Shown in pieces: positions 1 to 9,810 of a stretch of 64,000 nucleotides of DNA. A model generated the notes under the pieces. It had not been told where the DNA came from. It made no database searches and saw nothing but the letters and a program-made list of their open reading frames with translations. The translations under genes were made by a program, and so were the position numbers. Origin of the DNA: Pseudomonadota bacterium (GTDB lineage Bacteria; Bdellovibrionota_C; UBA2361; OMII01); the NCBI GenBank assembly GCA_046300175.1, contig JBKCMS010000009.1:71-64070 (forward strand). The letters run 5' to 3'. Numbering within the stretch: position 1 is the first letter of the stretch; every line of letters begins with the position of its first letter.

Positions 1-1722
1 AACCGAAATGCTAACTCCAATCGCTCATCTTCGGGGCTTGGGCGTAACGGCTCGCGCGGCGGCATGGGCTCCGGTGGCTTCGGAAGCAATCGCTCCGGGG
101 GAGCCTCCGGTGGAGGCAATCGTGGAGCAACAACAACTCAACTGGGGGAGAACATATCTATCACCGCCGATCCGGCAACGAACTCATTGATTATAGCGGC
201 CAGCAAGCCAGATTATGAGAAGATCAAAGCTCTTCTTGCGCAGATAGACGTCAAGCGACGGCAGGCGTTAGTAGAGGCAACTCTTCTTGAGGTTTCGATC
301 GATAATAATATCCGAACAAGTACAAGCTTCCTTACCTCAGCCGGCGGTGCTGATGGTGGCGCTCTTGCCCGTAGTGAGTTCGCCGGCGATAACGCCTCTC
401 TCACGAGCCTTTTTTCAAATCCTTCGAGACTACAGGGTTTGACCTTAGCCGCTGCAAGTGCCGGCTCGCTTAAACTCCCCGGAGGATTGATCCTCCCGAC
501 GCAGTCGATCCTGGTAAGCGCTGCGCAACAGAACAATAATGTAAATGTCTTGAGCGCTCCCACTATTCTCGCCACTGACAACGAGGAAGCACAGATCGTT
601 GTTGGTCAAAACGTGCCTTTCCTGGCAAGCACCGGCACAAACGCAGTCAACCTTAATAACACATTTAACCAGGTAGATCGTCAGGATGTAGGTATTACCC
701 TCAGAATCACGCCGCAGATCAGTTCACGCGATTACGTAACCCTGCGAGTATTCACAGAGGTATCAGCGTTGGTCGGCTCAACTATCAACTCTACTTTGGG
801 CCCCACAACAACAAAACGCCAGAGCGAGACCACGATTATCGCCAAGGATTCACAGATGATCGTTACTGGAGGTTTGATAGCTGATGATGTATCAGAATCG
901 GATGAGGGCATTCCGTATCTCAAGGATATCCCTGTGCTAGGCCACGCATTTAAGGCCAATTCTCAGGCACGCGTACAAAAAAACCTGCTTATTTTCCTTA
1001 CACCTCGAATAATAAAGGATCAATTCGATGCGCGTGATTCAACGATCGAAAGTCGCGATAGGATGGAGGATGTTATTGCGCAGTACGGTGTAGAGCCAAA
1101 ACGCCAACACACACTACGCAACCGTCGTATCGACCAGGTAGCTGAGTCAAACCCCTACGACGGGCCCAAGCCCGGCACGATCATGCCGCCATCAGCAGTG
1201 ACTAAAGAGGCCACTGCCCCACGCCTACCAACCAAGGGATCAAACGCCGCTGTCCTCGATGGCTCGTCAGCTGGAGTACTCGATCTGGATCTGGCCGCTC
1301 CAAGCTCTAGCGTGTCAACCAAGCAGCCGGCACTCGATCTCGACACGCTACCTGCTCCTGAGCAGTCGCGTGCATCGCTCAAGCAGTCACCGGTAGCCGG
1401 AAAAGCAGTCACACCGGTTGCCTCTTTTGTAGTCGCTGAGGTAGTCCGTGGCAGTGGCTTGCCATTCAATAGTAAGCGCCCTGGGGAGCGCTTTGGTATG
1501 ATCTTGCCGAGCGACAGTTCTATAGAAGCTAAAACCTTCTTTCGCTCCGGCAATACGTACGTTTATGGGGCCCTCGGCGCTCAACACGAGATTCTAGTAC
1601 GCGGCGCGTTTCCCTCGCTCTCTGAAGCTGAATCGCGCTATCCTGAGGTCTCAGGCTCTTGGCACACCCTACCCCCGGCAGAGGTCAAATCTCTAGGCAG
1701 AACTCCTTGGCATCGCAAGTAA
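1..1722 (+). CDS. gspD: Type II secretion secretin GspD, 5'-truncated by window edge, with a long C-terminal extension
   Basis: Frame 1 is open from base 1. A Gly/Ser/Asn-rich loop is followed by ITADPATNSLIIAASKPDYEKIKALLAQIDV. Secretin core strings: VLSAPTILATDNEEAQIVVGQNVPF, GITLRITPQIS, ETTIIAKDSQMIVTGGLI, GIPYLKDIPVLG, LLIFLTPRII. gspE/F/G follow directly. Confidence 0.85.
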   Translation, partial: NRNANSNRSSSGLGRNGSRGGMGSGGFGSNRSGGASGGGNRGATTTQLGENISITADPATNSLIIAASKPDYEKIKALLAQIDVKRRQALVEATLLEVSIDNNIRTSTSFLTSAGGADGGALARSEFAGDNASLTSLFSNPSRLQGLTLAAASAGSLKLPGGLILPTQSILVSAAQQNNNVNVLSAPTILATDNEEAQIVVGQNVPFLASTGTNAVNLNNTFNQVDRQDVGITLRITPQISSRDYVTLRVFTEVSALVGSTINSTLGPTTTKRQSETTIIAKDSQMIVTGGLIADDVSESDEGIPYLKDIPVLGHAFKANSQARVQKNLLIFLTPRIIKDQFDARDSTIESRDRMEDVIAQYGVEPKRQHTLRNRRIDQVAESNPYDGPKPGTIMPPSAVTKEATAPRLPTKGSNAAVLDGSSAGVLDLDLAAPSSSVSTKQPALDLDTLPAPEQSRASLKQSPVAGKAVTPVASFVVAEVVRGSGLPFNSKRPGERFGMILPSDSSIEAKTFFRSGNTYVYGALGAQHEILVRGAFPSLSEAESRYPEVSGSWHTLPPAEVKSLGRTPWHRK

Positions 1723-1730
1723 GGTAAGAC

Positions 1731-3362
1731 ATGAATAGCTCGGCAACTTCACAAGCTCCGTCAGCACCTTCAGCCGTATCTGAGGCGGATGGCAAACTGC
1801 TATCCCAGCTGCTCGGCATGACATATCTCGAGCAACTGCCAGAACCGGTGCCTCCACGTAATCCTGTACGAGGCGATTTTGACCGAATAGCTGGCTCCTG
1901 GGGGCGGCAGTTCCTTACCGTTCCGATTGGGGGAGATGACGCTCATGTAGTAGTAGCCACCGCCGATCCGCTCAACATTGAGGCCATCGAGCAGCTACGT
2001 GTGTGTTACGAACGACCGATCAAGGTCGTTGTTACCTCCCCCTCGCAGATTACCAAAGCAATAAACTCGATCCGCACCAGCTTGATGAGTGATAAGTCGA
2101 GCGCTCTCTCAGACTCTGGCAAGAAAGACGATGCTGATGAATTCGCAAATCAACTCAAGATCGACGTGACCGACTCAGATGATGACGATGCTCCGATTAT
2201 TAGGTACGTGAATGCGATCATCTTTAAGGCGAGCTCAGAAAGAGCCTCAGACGTACACATCGAGCCATACGAAGACAAATTAAAGGTACGCTTTCGTGTT
2301 GATGGTGTGCTGTACGATGTCGCCAGCGAGGACAAGGCTTTCCAGGCAGCCATTATCTCGCGTGTGAAGATTATGGCCGGCCTTAATATCGCAGAGAAAA
2401 GGCTACCGCAGGATGGTCGTATCGGGTTGAAGATAGCCGGCAAAGATGTAGACATCCGTGTATCTACAGTACCGACTCAGTTCGGCGAACGAATCGTTAT
2501 GCGTCTGCTCGACAAGGGTGGTGCTGTGCTCGATATAAACCAACTCGGCGTTGAAAAGCGCAACCTTGATAATCTGCTCAAGCTGCTATCCAAGCCCAAC
2601 GGCATCATCCTGGTCACGGGACCCACAGGGTCAGGAAAGACCACTACCCTTTACGCATGCCTAACTAATATCAACAAGCCCGATCTAAATATATTGACCG
2701 TAGAAGACCCAATCGAATACCAACTCGACGGCATCGGCCAGATGCAGGTAAATCCCAAGATTGATTTTACCTTTGCCAGCGGGCTTCGCGCGATTCTCCG
2801 GCAGGATCCGGATGTGGTGATGGTCGGAGAAATTCGTGATACCGAAACGGCTGAGATCGCCATTCAAGCCTCCCTCACCGGTCACTTGGTGCTATCAACC
2901 CTACACACTAACGACTCTGCCGGGGCAGTGAGTCGCTTGCTGGATATGGGGGTTGAACCGTTTCTTGTTTCCTCAAGCCTTCTAGCCGTACTCGCCCAGC
3001 GGCTCGTTCGACGTCTGTGTCCTGATTGTCGCGTGCCATATGAGATATCTGATGAGGAGCTCAAAGAGTTAAGCTTAAATCCGGCCGAAGTCAGTTCACG
3101 GCAGGCATTTCGACCGGGCTCCACTAGCTGCTCTAGGTGTCAAGGAACGGGATACTCAGGTCGTCTAGGCATACACGAGCTTCTCTTGATTGATGACGAG
3201 GTGCGTTCGCAAATATTGCAACAGGCCGACTCTAACACCATTAAGAACGCGGCTCTCAAGCGTGGATTTTCCAGTCTGCGCGCCGATGGCGGTCGCAAAG
3301 TGCTAGCGGGACTTACTTCGGTTGAAGAGGTCCTTCTCGCAAGTCACGATGATGCAGGATAG
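1731..3362 (+). CDS. gspE: Type II secretion ATPase GspE
   Basis: Walker A is GPTGSGKTT. Asp/His box region is VMVGEIRD...[14 protein letters not shown]. Tetracysteine motif is CPDC...[15 protein letters not shown] lies 8 nt after the gspD stop, with AAGGTAAG upstream. Confidence 0.9.
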   Translation: MNSSATSQAPSAPSAVSEADGKLLSQLLGMTYLEQLPEPVPPRNPVRGDFDRIAGSWGRQFLTVPIGGDDAHVVVATADPLNIEAIEQLRVCYERPIKVVVTSPSQITKAINSIRTSLMSDKSSALSDSGKKDDADEFANQLKIDVTDSDDDDAPIIRYVNAIIFKASSERASDVHIEPYEDKLKVRFRVDGVLYDVASEDKAFQAAIISRVKIMAGLNIAEKRLPQDGRIGLKIAGKDVDIRVSTVPTQFGERIVMRLLDKGGAVLDINQLGVEKRNLDNLLKLLSKPNGIILVTGPTGSGKTTTLYACLTNINKPDLNILTVEDPIEYQLDGIGQMQVNPKIDFTFASGLRAILRQDPDVVMVGEIRDTETAEIAIQASLTGHLVLSTLHTNDSAGAVSRLLDMGVEPFLVSSSLLAVLAQRLVRRLCPDCRVPYEISDEELKELSLNPAEVSSRQAFRPGSTSCSRCQGTGYSGRLGIHELLLIDDEVRSQILQQADSNTIKNAALKRGFSSLRADGGRKVLAGLTSVEEVLLASHDDAG

Positions 3363-3375
3363 AGGCTAAGGACCG

Positions 3376-4599
3376 ATGCCAGTCTACGAGTATACTGCTC
3401 TTAATCCCGGCGGAAAGAAGATCAAGGGCTCACTTGAAGCCGATAGCATCCGCACTGCCCGCCAGAAGCTAAGAGTTCAGAACATCTTTCCGACTGATAT
3501 CAAGGAGTCTTTAAAGGCCTCTACCGAAAAGACCCAGGATGTTAAGAAGCTCTTTGCAAGCGACCGAGTATCCCTCAAACAATTGACTTTAGCCACGCGC
3601 TTGCTTGCAACCTTATCTAGCGCAGGCCTTCCACTGGTCAGCTCGTTGCTAGCGCTCTCGGAGCAGGTAGATTCGCCAGCACTAAAACGCGTTGTAGTTG
3701 ATATTAAGGAGCGCGTTGAGCAGGGCTCGTCACTGGCAAAGGCCTTAGGTGTTTACCCTAAAGTGTTCCCGCGCCTTTACATTAACATGGTTGCTTCAGG
3801 AGAAGCATCTGGAACACTCGATACTGCTTTAGAGAACCTAGCTGACTATTACGAGTCACAGCTAGAACTGCGTAGAAAGGTTACCAATGCCCTCTTTTAT
3901 CCAGTCCTGATGTTTTTTTTCTGCATTATCGTTGTGATTGCCCTTGTGACGTTTGTCGTCCCTAATATCGTTGAGATATTCGTAAAACAAAAGGTCGCAC
4001 TACCGCTTCCGACTCGCATGGTCATTTTTGTTTCGGATATCGTGATTGGCTACTGGTGGCTGATGCTGGCCATGGTTATTTTTGGCGCTTTTTACATAAA
4101 ACAACGCTATTCTACACCGACTGGTAAGGCGTGGTTTGATCGCATGTTTCTGAAGGTCCCAATCTACGGGGCCATCTACCGGAAGGTATCGACTGCACGA
4201 GTAGCTACCACCCTGGCAACTCTTCTCAACGGAGGTGTAGAGGTACTTGCCGCACTCGACATAGTAAAGAATATAATCGGCAATACTCACATGAAAAAGG
4301 CGATTGAAGATGCTCGTGAGGGAGTCAAAGAGGGGCGCAGCTTAGCAAAGGAATTAGCTAAGAGCGGCTATTTCCCAAATCTTCTCTCACAGATGGTTGC
4401 TATCGGCGAGAAAAGCGGTCGTCTCGAAGGGATGCTAACCAAAGCCGGCAAGACATTTTCAGGGGAAGCCAACGCAGCTATAGCCGGCCTGACTACCCTT
4501 TTAGAGCCATTGATGATCATCTTCCTGGGCGTAATCGTCTTTGCGATAGTCATATCGGTTTTACTTCCGATGGTGGAATTGATGCAGATAGTGCAGTAG
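3376..4599 (+). CDS. gspF: Type II secretion inner-membrane platform protein GspF
   Basis: 407 aa with a duplicated GspF/PilC-type domain (SSGLPLVSSLLAL..., GEASGTLDTAL, IGEKSGRLEGML) and three hydrophobic segments. It sits between gspE and gspG. Confidence 0.9.
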   Translation: MPVYEYTALNPGGKKIKGSLEADSIRTARQKLRVQNIFPTDIKESLKASTEKTQDVKKLFASDRVSLKQLTLATRLLATLSSAGLPLVSSLLALSEQVDSPALKRVVVDIKERVEQGSSLAKALGVYPKVFPRLYINMVASGEASGTLDTALENLADYYESQLELRRKVTNALFYPVLMFFFCIIVVIALVTFVVPNIVEIFVKQKVALPLPTRMVIFVSDIVIGYWWLMLAMVIFGAFYIKQRYSTPTGKAWFDRMFLKVPIYGAIYRKVSTARVATTLATLLNGGVEVLAALDIVKNIIGNTHMKKAIEDAREGVKEGRSLAKELAKSGYFPNLLSQMVAIGEKSGRLEGMLTKAGKTFSGEANAAIAGLTTLLEPLMIIFLGVIVFAIVISVLLPMVELMQIVQ

Positions 4600-4778
4600 A
4601 GGCTTTATTTTTATCGTGGCTAAATAGCTTCTACTCTAAATCACTATATGTGGCGCAAATTAGGCGAAGGTGACATTATACGAAGGTAATCGATGGGCAG
4701 AGACGGTCATCCGCCGCTAGCCCAGATTGCTTTTTAGGTTTAAACAGCTGGTACACTTAAAAACAGAAGGATTAAGCT

Positions 4779-5198
4779 ATGAAACTCACCCTCCTCTCTT
4801 TCCTAGACCCTCGAAAACGCTTTTGCGACGTGAGATTCGTAAAAAGCTCCGAGCGGGGGCTAACGCTGATTGAAATTATTGTTGTTTTGATGATGGTCGG
4901 GATTATCGGGGCATTTATCGGCGGCAAGGTATTTAAGGCGGGCGATAAGGCCAAGGCTGAACTAACACGCGCCAAGCTAAACAGCCTCAAAGAGCCGATC
5001 TACATCTACCAGATGCGTAACAGTGCGCTACCTCAATCTTTGGCCCAAGCAGAAGCTGACGATACCAAAGATGCCTGGGGCAGAGAGGTTCAGTACCGTG
5101 TTATGGACGGTCGTGGGTATGAAATTAGATCCCTGGGCGGAGATGGTCGCGACGGTGGCTCTGGAGCAGATGCAGATATCGTAGTCACTGGACCGTAG
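4779..5198 (+). CDS. gspG: Major pseudopilin GspG
   Basis: Prepilin class III signal SSERG|LTLIEIIVVLMMVGIIGAFI with Glu at +5. C-terminal GspG-like DAWGREVQY...GGDGRDGG. The leader is long from ATG 4779; an in-frame GTG giving MRFVKSSERG is an alternative start. Confidence 0.8.
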   Translation: MKLTLLSFLDPRKRFCDVRFVKSSERGLTLIEIIVVLMMVGIIGAFIGGKVFKAGDKAKAELTRAKLNSLKEPIYIYQMRNSALPQSLAQAEADDTKDAWGREVQYRVMDGRGYEIRSLGGDGRDGGSGADADIVVTGP

Positions 5199-5236
5199 AC
5201 AGTGACGCGGTCTGCGTGCTGTAGCGCTCCTACCAC

Positions 5237-6007
5237 TTGAGCTCTTTCGCGGGGCAAATCAATAAGGTTAAAGATGTGCGGCCTGTTTTCAATATGATAT
5301 CAGATGCACCTCACACTGGTCGTTTGAAGCTATCAGAGAGCGCCGGCGGAAATTCGCTTTCCGGACCTAGGGGTTTCACTATTATCGAGCTACTGTTAGT
5401 GATCGTAATCGTATCACTCACTCTGGGGCTCGTATCTGTTAGACTCGGAGCTGTCGATTTTTGGCGGGAGCAGAGCTCTATAAGGAAGCTGCAAGAAACG
5501 ATCGCTCTGCTTAACACTCAAGCCATATTAGACCAACAGTTCTATCGGATGGAGTTTGATCTAAAGGGGAACTCGTTTAGGGCCGGCGTTATGCGCCCGG
5601 ATGACGCTGGACTAGCCAGCTCCTCTATGGCAAGTAGCACCGGTATTAACCTCGATATCCTAGAGGAGCAATTAGCACTCCTTCTTAGCCCCGAATCGTC
5701 CTCTGGGGCCACCATGATCCCGCCACCGAATATGCCTGCGCTTGCGGAGCCGAACAAACTCGGAGGACGCTATGTACTTCTCGATGTAGTAACCTCTGAA
5801 GGGAAGGTCTCTCGCGATGACGAAGATGCACCAAACCCGGCGATTCGATTCTCTCCTCGCGGTGTGTCTGATTTTGGGGTAATTCACATCAGTACAGGTG
5901 GAGACTCAGCTATTACGATCGTTGCTAATCCCTGGACCGGGTTAGCCGAGATACACCCAGGCTATAAGGACTTTAAATGGACCATGCACAGGCAAGACAG
6001 AGACTAA
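5237..6007 (+). CDS. Minor pseudopilin (GspH-like by position), unusually long
   Basis: Prepilin signal SGPRG|FTIIELLLVIVIVSL. TTG start at 5237 comes from the ORF track; ATG at 5294 is an alternative. The family call rests on operon position only. Confidence 0.55.
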   Translation: MSSFAGQINKVKDVRPVFNMISDAPHTGRLKLSESAGGNSLSGPRGFTIIELLLVIVIVSLTLGLVSVRLGAVDFWREQSSIRKLQETIALLNTQAILDQQFYRMEFDLKGNSFRAGVMRPDDAGLASSSMASSTGINLDILEEQLALLLSPESSSGATMIPPPNMPALAEPNKLGGRYVLLDVVTSEGKVSRDDEDAPNPAIRFSPRGVSDFGVIHISTGGDSAITIVANPWTGLAEIHPGYKDFKWTMHRQDRD

Positions 6008-6462
6008 TGAGCCGTTCGCGGAAGCAGCGCGGTTTTACCTTTGTTGAGATAACTGTAGCTCTTGCACTCCTGGCCACAGCAGCGACCATTCTTATGGGCA
6101 TGCAGGGAGCCGCGGTTCGCCGAACCATCAGGGATTCCAATGCTCAGGCGGCGATGTTGGTGGCGCGGAGAATCATGGCATCAATTGAGATACTCAAAGA
6201 CTCGGAATTTATGATCTCGACCCAGAGCGATGGCCCTGTTCGCGACCTATTGCAGCAACTGAATATTATCGGAATTGGGGAGAGATCCGAATCAGCGGCT
6301 ATTGATCAGATGACAGCCCGTGTTACCGTGGATGACCTGCAGATCCAGATGCCATTCGAGGAAAAACAGGAGGAGCTCAAGCGTATTACCTTACGTCTCT
6401 CTTGGGGACCCGGCTCAGATGAATCGATGCAGGTCGTATATCAGAGACCCCCAAGACCTTAG
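6007..6462 (+). CDS. Minor pseudopilin (GspI-like by position)
   Basis: Prepilin signal KQRG|FTFVEITVALALLATAA. ATG 6007 overlaps the upstream stop (TAATG), suggesting translational coupling. The ORF-track start at 5977 is less likely. Confidence 0.55.
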   Translation: MSRSRKQRGFTFVEITVALALLATAATILMGMQGAAVRRTIRDSNAQAAMLVARRIMASIEILKDSEFMISTQSDGPVRDLLQQLNIIGIGERSESAAIDQMTARVTVDDLQIQMPFEEKQEELKRITLRLSWGPGSDESMQVVYQRPPRP

Positions 6463-6475
6463 GAATCAGCCGTAG

Positions 6476-7192
6476 ATGAATACTCGACGTCAACCACGAG
6501 CCGAATCCGGACTAACACTCATTGAGGTGATCCTCGCTATAGCTATCTTGGCCGTAATGGTCACGCTGAACTACCAGATACTGCGCGGGATAGTACGCGC
6601 AAAAGAGCTGGTGGAGGATCGGCGGGATGCGATGTACATCGCTAATTCCCTTCTTAATCGGCTCTCTCGAGAGCTACAACTGGCAGTCAATAGTCCGCGG
6701 AACCCGCTCTTTGATTGTCCTGAGGGGCCGGTGACGGGGCCTCCTCCAACTGCCACCGGGCCTGCTCGTTACCTAGTCGCTTCATCTGATGATAAGCAGG
6801 CTACCATCCAATTTATGGCCAAGGGAGCTGGCCAACAAACGGCAGATGCAAGCGGACAGACAGGTGTGGTCATGCTCAAGTATTCAGTAGAACAGGACCC
6901 GGAACGGCGCTCTGAGAGAGATGCACCTCTGGTATTACTTCGCTCAGAAGTCCCATCGTCTGGACAGATACTAAAGGACTGTAAAAAAGAGATATATTTT
7001 CCGATAACTACACGGCTACTGACATTTACCATGCGCTTTTATGACGGAAGGAATAAAACCTGGAGCAATGAGTGGGACAATAAAAAGGCGGCACCTCTAC
7101 CCCACATTATTGAATTCACCGTTTCACTCCTAAGCCCAAAGGGCAACGTGGTTACACACACCTCGGCGGTCAAGGTAACTTCTGTCCAATAA
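6476..7192 (+). CDS. Minor pseudopilin (GspJ-like by position and size)
   Basis: Prepilin signal RAESG|LTLIEVILAIAILAVMV. It is 238 aa and the last gene of the operon. Confidence 0.55.
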   Translation: MNTRRQPRAESGLTLIEVILAIAILAVMVTLNYQILRGIVRAKELVEDRRDAMYIANSLLNRLSRELQLAVNSPRNPLFDCPEGPVTGPPPTATGPARYLVASSDDKQATIQFMAKGAGQQTADASGQTGVVMLKYSVEQDPERRSERDAPLVLLRSEVPSSGQILKDCKKEIYFPITTRLLTFTMRFYDGRNKTWSNEWDNKKAAPLPHIIEFTVSLLSPKGNVVTHTSAVKVTSVQ

Positions 7193-7250
7193 AACCGACG
7201 CTAGATTCGGGATTTTTAAAAGAACTGGGCGTCTTATACTCATTATCAGG

Positions 7251-8042
7251 CTAACTGTTCACGGCAGATATTGGCTGCGACAAGAGCGCTCCGGTAATGA
7301 TGTGATCATCAAAAAATGAGATGCCGACATCGAGCTCTATTACTCCCGATGAAAGAGCTGGCAAACGAACAGAGGCTTTGAAGCTATTCTCACCCGCCAC
7401 AGGAGTTAAATGAGCGACATCGAATGCAAACCAGACTCGGCGCAGAGGATAGAGCGCTTTAAACACGCTCTCTTTCGCCGAAAAGAGCTTTACTGCCCTT
7501 TCGGTACGCAGCTCTGGCTGCGAGCGCACCCAGTCGAACTCATCAGGATCTGCAAACCGTGCTATCAGTTCGTCCGTATAGCGCTCCTCGATCCGTTGAA
7601 TATCGATTCCCAACGCCGGAACGTCCTGCTGCCAGGCCACCGCTGCTATGCCGTAGTTAGAACAGTGCGCGATCGATCCGACTATTCCCACAGGCCAAAG
7701 CGGCTCTCTGTGCTCACCCCTCAGGATCGGAGTCACGACCGGAAATCCAACCTGCTCCACCGCGCGGCGAGCAGCTGACCGTCCGAGCCTAAAATCACGT
7801 CGTCGTTTATCTGAGATTGCATCACCAAGGGCTGCTGCCTCCAAAGGGTGGAGCTCAAAACTATCTAGGTTACGCTCATCGCTAAGACAGAAAGCGATAG
7901 CTGGATTGGCAAAGGGGGACGGCGCCAGATTGCTATTGTTATCACCCTTGTTACTAGGGTGTTCAGGTGTCTTTAACGCACATGCGCCAGTTGAACTATG
8001 ACCCACTAATGCCTCCAGGATAAAAAGTCCCCGGTTACGCAA
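7251..8042 (-). CDS. 4'-phosphopantetheinyl transferase, EntD/Sfp type
   Basis: Motifs FRLGRSAARRAV, WPVGIVGSIAHCSNYGIAAVA, LGIDIQRIE and FSAKESVFKA. The N-terminal boundary is uncertain (TTG in the ORF track). Confidence 0.7.
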   Translation of the reverse strand: MRNRGLFILEALVGHSSTGACALKTPEHPSNKGDNNSNLAPSPFANPAIAFCLSDERNLDSFELHPLEAAALGDAISDKRRRDFRLGRSAARRAVEQVGFPVVTPILRGEHREPLWPVGIVGSIAHCSNYGIAAVAWQQDVPALGIDIQRIEERYTDELIARFADPDEFDWVRSQPELRTERAVKLFSAKESVFKALYPLRRVWFAFDVAHLTPVAGENSFKASVRLPALSSGVIELDVGISFFDDHIITGALLSQPISAVNS

Positions 8043-8156
8043 CCACGGAAAACTACGATAAGTCGGTGCCTACGCACCATCAGTCTTTATGGTACCAAAA
8101 AACCATTCCCTACGCAAAACCGGCAATAATTCGGATATGTTATAGAGCCAGGACGC

Positions 8157-8903
8157 CTACCCTGCTGCTCGTTTACCGAAATACACCTCTTGCAGGCGCT
8201 CATCAGCGCACACCCGTTCAGGTGTATCATCAAGTACTACTGTGCCGCTCTCAAGCACCACTATCCGTTTGCAAAACTTCTGTATAAAAGTGATGTCGTG
8301 TTCAATCACAAGAACTGTCTTGCCCATACCCTGAACTTTATTGATGAAGAGCGCCACCTCTTCCTTCATTCGCGGTGATACTCCTGCCGTAGGCTCATCA
8401 AGTAAGAGCAGATCCGCGCCCGTAGCCAGCACTCGCACTATCTCCAAGAGGCGCATCTGTCCACCCGAGAGGCTCCCCGCTTTTTGATTTGCCCGGCTTA
8501 CCAAATGTATCTCGTCTAATAGCTCAAGTGCTTTGGCTCGATTGGCTCGGCTCTCTCCACCCCACGGGACCAATGCACTCAGCAAACTACCCCGCGCCTC
8601 TAAAGCTACCAGAAGATTCTCAAGCAAGGTCATCTCTTTGAATATGCCGAAGTTCTGGAATACACGCCCCATACCTCGCTTTGCACGATAGTCGGCCGAA
8701 GTAGAGGTAATATCTTCACCGTTTAAAGTCAGCGAACCAGCTGCTGGTCGCGCAAAGCCAGAGAGTGTGTTGAAAAAAGTTGTCTTGCCGCTGCCATTTG
8801 GGCCGATGATTCCCACCGTTTCACCGCTAGAAACCGAAAGCGATACACCGTTAAGCACCTTTGTCTTTTGAAATGCAACATGAATGTCATTCACCGTCAA
8901 CAT
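8157..8903 (-). CDS. ABC transporter ATP-binding protein, LivG-like
   Basis: Walker A GPNGSGKTT, signature LSGGQMRLLEI, Walker B LLLLDEPTAGV, H-loop VIEHD. Start moved to ATG 8903 (MLTVNDIHV), 4 nt after the upstream permease stop. Confidence 0.8.
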   Translation of the reverse strand: MLTVNDIHVAFQKTKVLNGVSLSVSSGETVGIIGPNGSGKTTFFNTLSGFARPAAGSLTLNGEDITSTSADYRAKRGMGRVFQNFGIFKEMTLLENLLVALEARGSLLSALVPWGGESRANRAKALELLDEIHLVSRANQKAGSLSGGQMRLLEIVRVLATGADLLLLDEPTAGVSPRMKEEVALFINKVQGMGKTVLVIEHDITFIQKFCKRIVVLESGTVVLDDTPERVCADERLQEVYFGKRAAG

Positions 8904-8907
8904 CTGC

Positions 8908-9804
8908 TTACACCTCTCGCTGCGGCGGAAATAGAGACCGCCGATTAAAATATACAACCGAAAATAGAATCAAAGCTTGCAAAAGCTGCCTGGCAGGCCC
9001 CAGATACGCCGAATTAATCTCAATAAACCGCAGCGGTTCCGGCAACAACACAAGGAAAACTGTCGCTGCACTGACTCCCCATAGAGAGCCAGGCCTGCCC
9101 ACAACTACGATGGTCAGAACAAAAACCATCTCAGTTAGGGAAAAAGATGACGGGTCAATATAATTTAAGTAGTAAGCAAAGAAGCTCCCCGCCAACCCAG
9201 CACTCGCCGAGGAGAATAGAAAGCTCATGTTCCTCACTAAGCCCGCATCTCGCCCTACGGCTAGCAATGCCTCTTCGTATTCAGCCTGGCCTCGTAGAGC
9301 TCGACCAAAGAGCCCGCGATGTAGGAGGTAAAAAAACAGCTGCGTAATAACAGCGACTGCAAAGATCAGCAGAAGGAAGTTCTTATTGTCATAGAAATCG
9401 ATCCCCATAATCTCGGGTCGCGGAATTCCTGGGATGCCAAGCACACCTCGAGTAAGACTCTTCCAATTAATCAGCAGACTTGAAACTACGGAGCTAAACG
9501 CAAGCGTCCCTATAGCGAAGTAATCCTGAGTTAAACGGAGCGATATACCGCCAAGCAGAACAGCAAAGAGACCACTGGAGAGCATACTTGCTGGAACACA
9601 TTTAAAAAAGCCCGCTCCTGTCTCAACTGATAACAGAGCTGTTGTGTAGGCGCCGATAGCAAAAGAGGCGACGTGAGCCAGATTAAACAGCCGTCCGAGA
9701 CCGAAAGTTAGATTTAACCCCTGGGCAAGGATCAGATACATGCACACTAGGATAGCTAGGTGCACTACGTATTCCGAGCTGAGGAATTCGATAACTCCGG
9801 CCAT
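8908..9804 (-). CDS. Branched-chain-amino-acid-type ABC permease, LivM-like
   Basis: 298 aa polytopic membrane protein in the LivH/LivM family style (GQGLNLTFGLGRLFNLAHVASFAIGAYT). It lies between a LivH-like gene and the ATPase. Confidence 0.75.
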   Translation of the reverse strand: MAGVIEFLSSEYVVHLAILVCMYLILAQGLNLTFGLGRLFNLAHVASFAIGAYTTALLSVETGAGFFKCVPASMLSSGLFAVLLGGISLRLTQDYFAIGTLAFSSVVSSLLINWKSLTRGVLGIPGIPRPEIMGIDFYDNKNFLLLIFAVAVITQLFFYLLHRGLFGRALRGQAEYEEALLAVGRDAGLVRNMSFLFSSASAGLAGSFFAYYLNYIDPSSFSLTEMVFVLTIVVVGRPGSLWGVSAATVFLVLLPEPLRFIEINSAYLGPARQLLQALILFSVVYFNRRSLFPPQREV

Positions 9805-9810
9805 AGATAC

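Noticed and set aside
5447-5465. A 14-nt match (TCGATTTTTGGCGG) inside the second pseudopilin gene to the core of the MITE-like element.
   Set aside because: It is short, lies inside a coding region, and has no flanking similarity or TIR. It is most likely chance.
7251-8042. The PPTase as a marker of an adjacent NRPS/PKS or siderophore cluster.
   Set aside because: No carrier-protein, NRPS, PKS or siderophore genes lie on either side. It sits between the T2SS operon and an ABC transporter, so it is treated as an orphan housekeeping or accessory PPTase.
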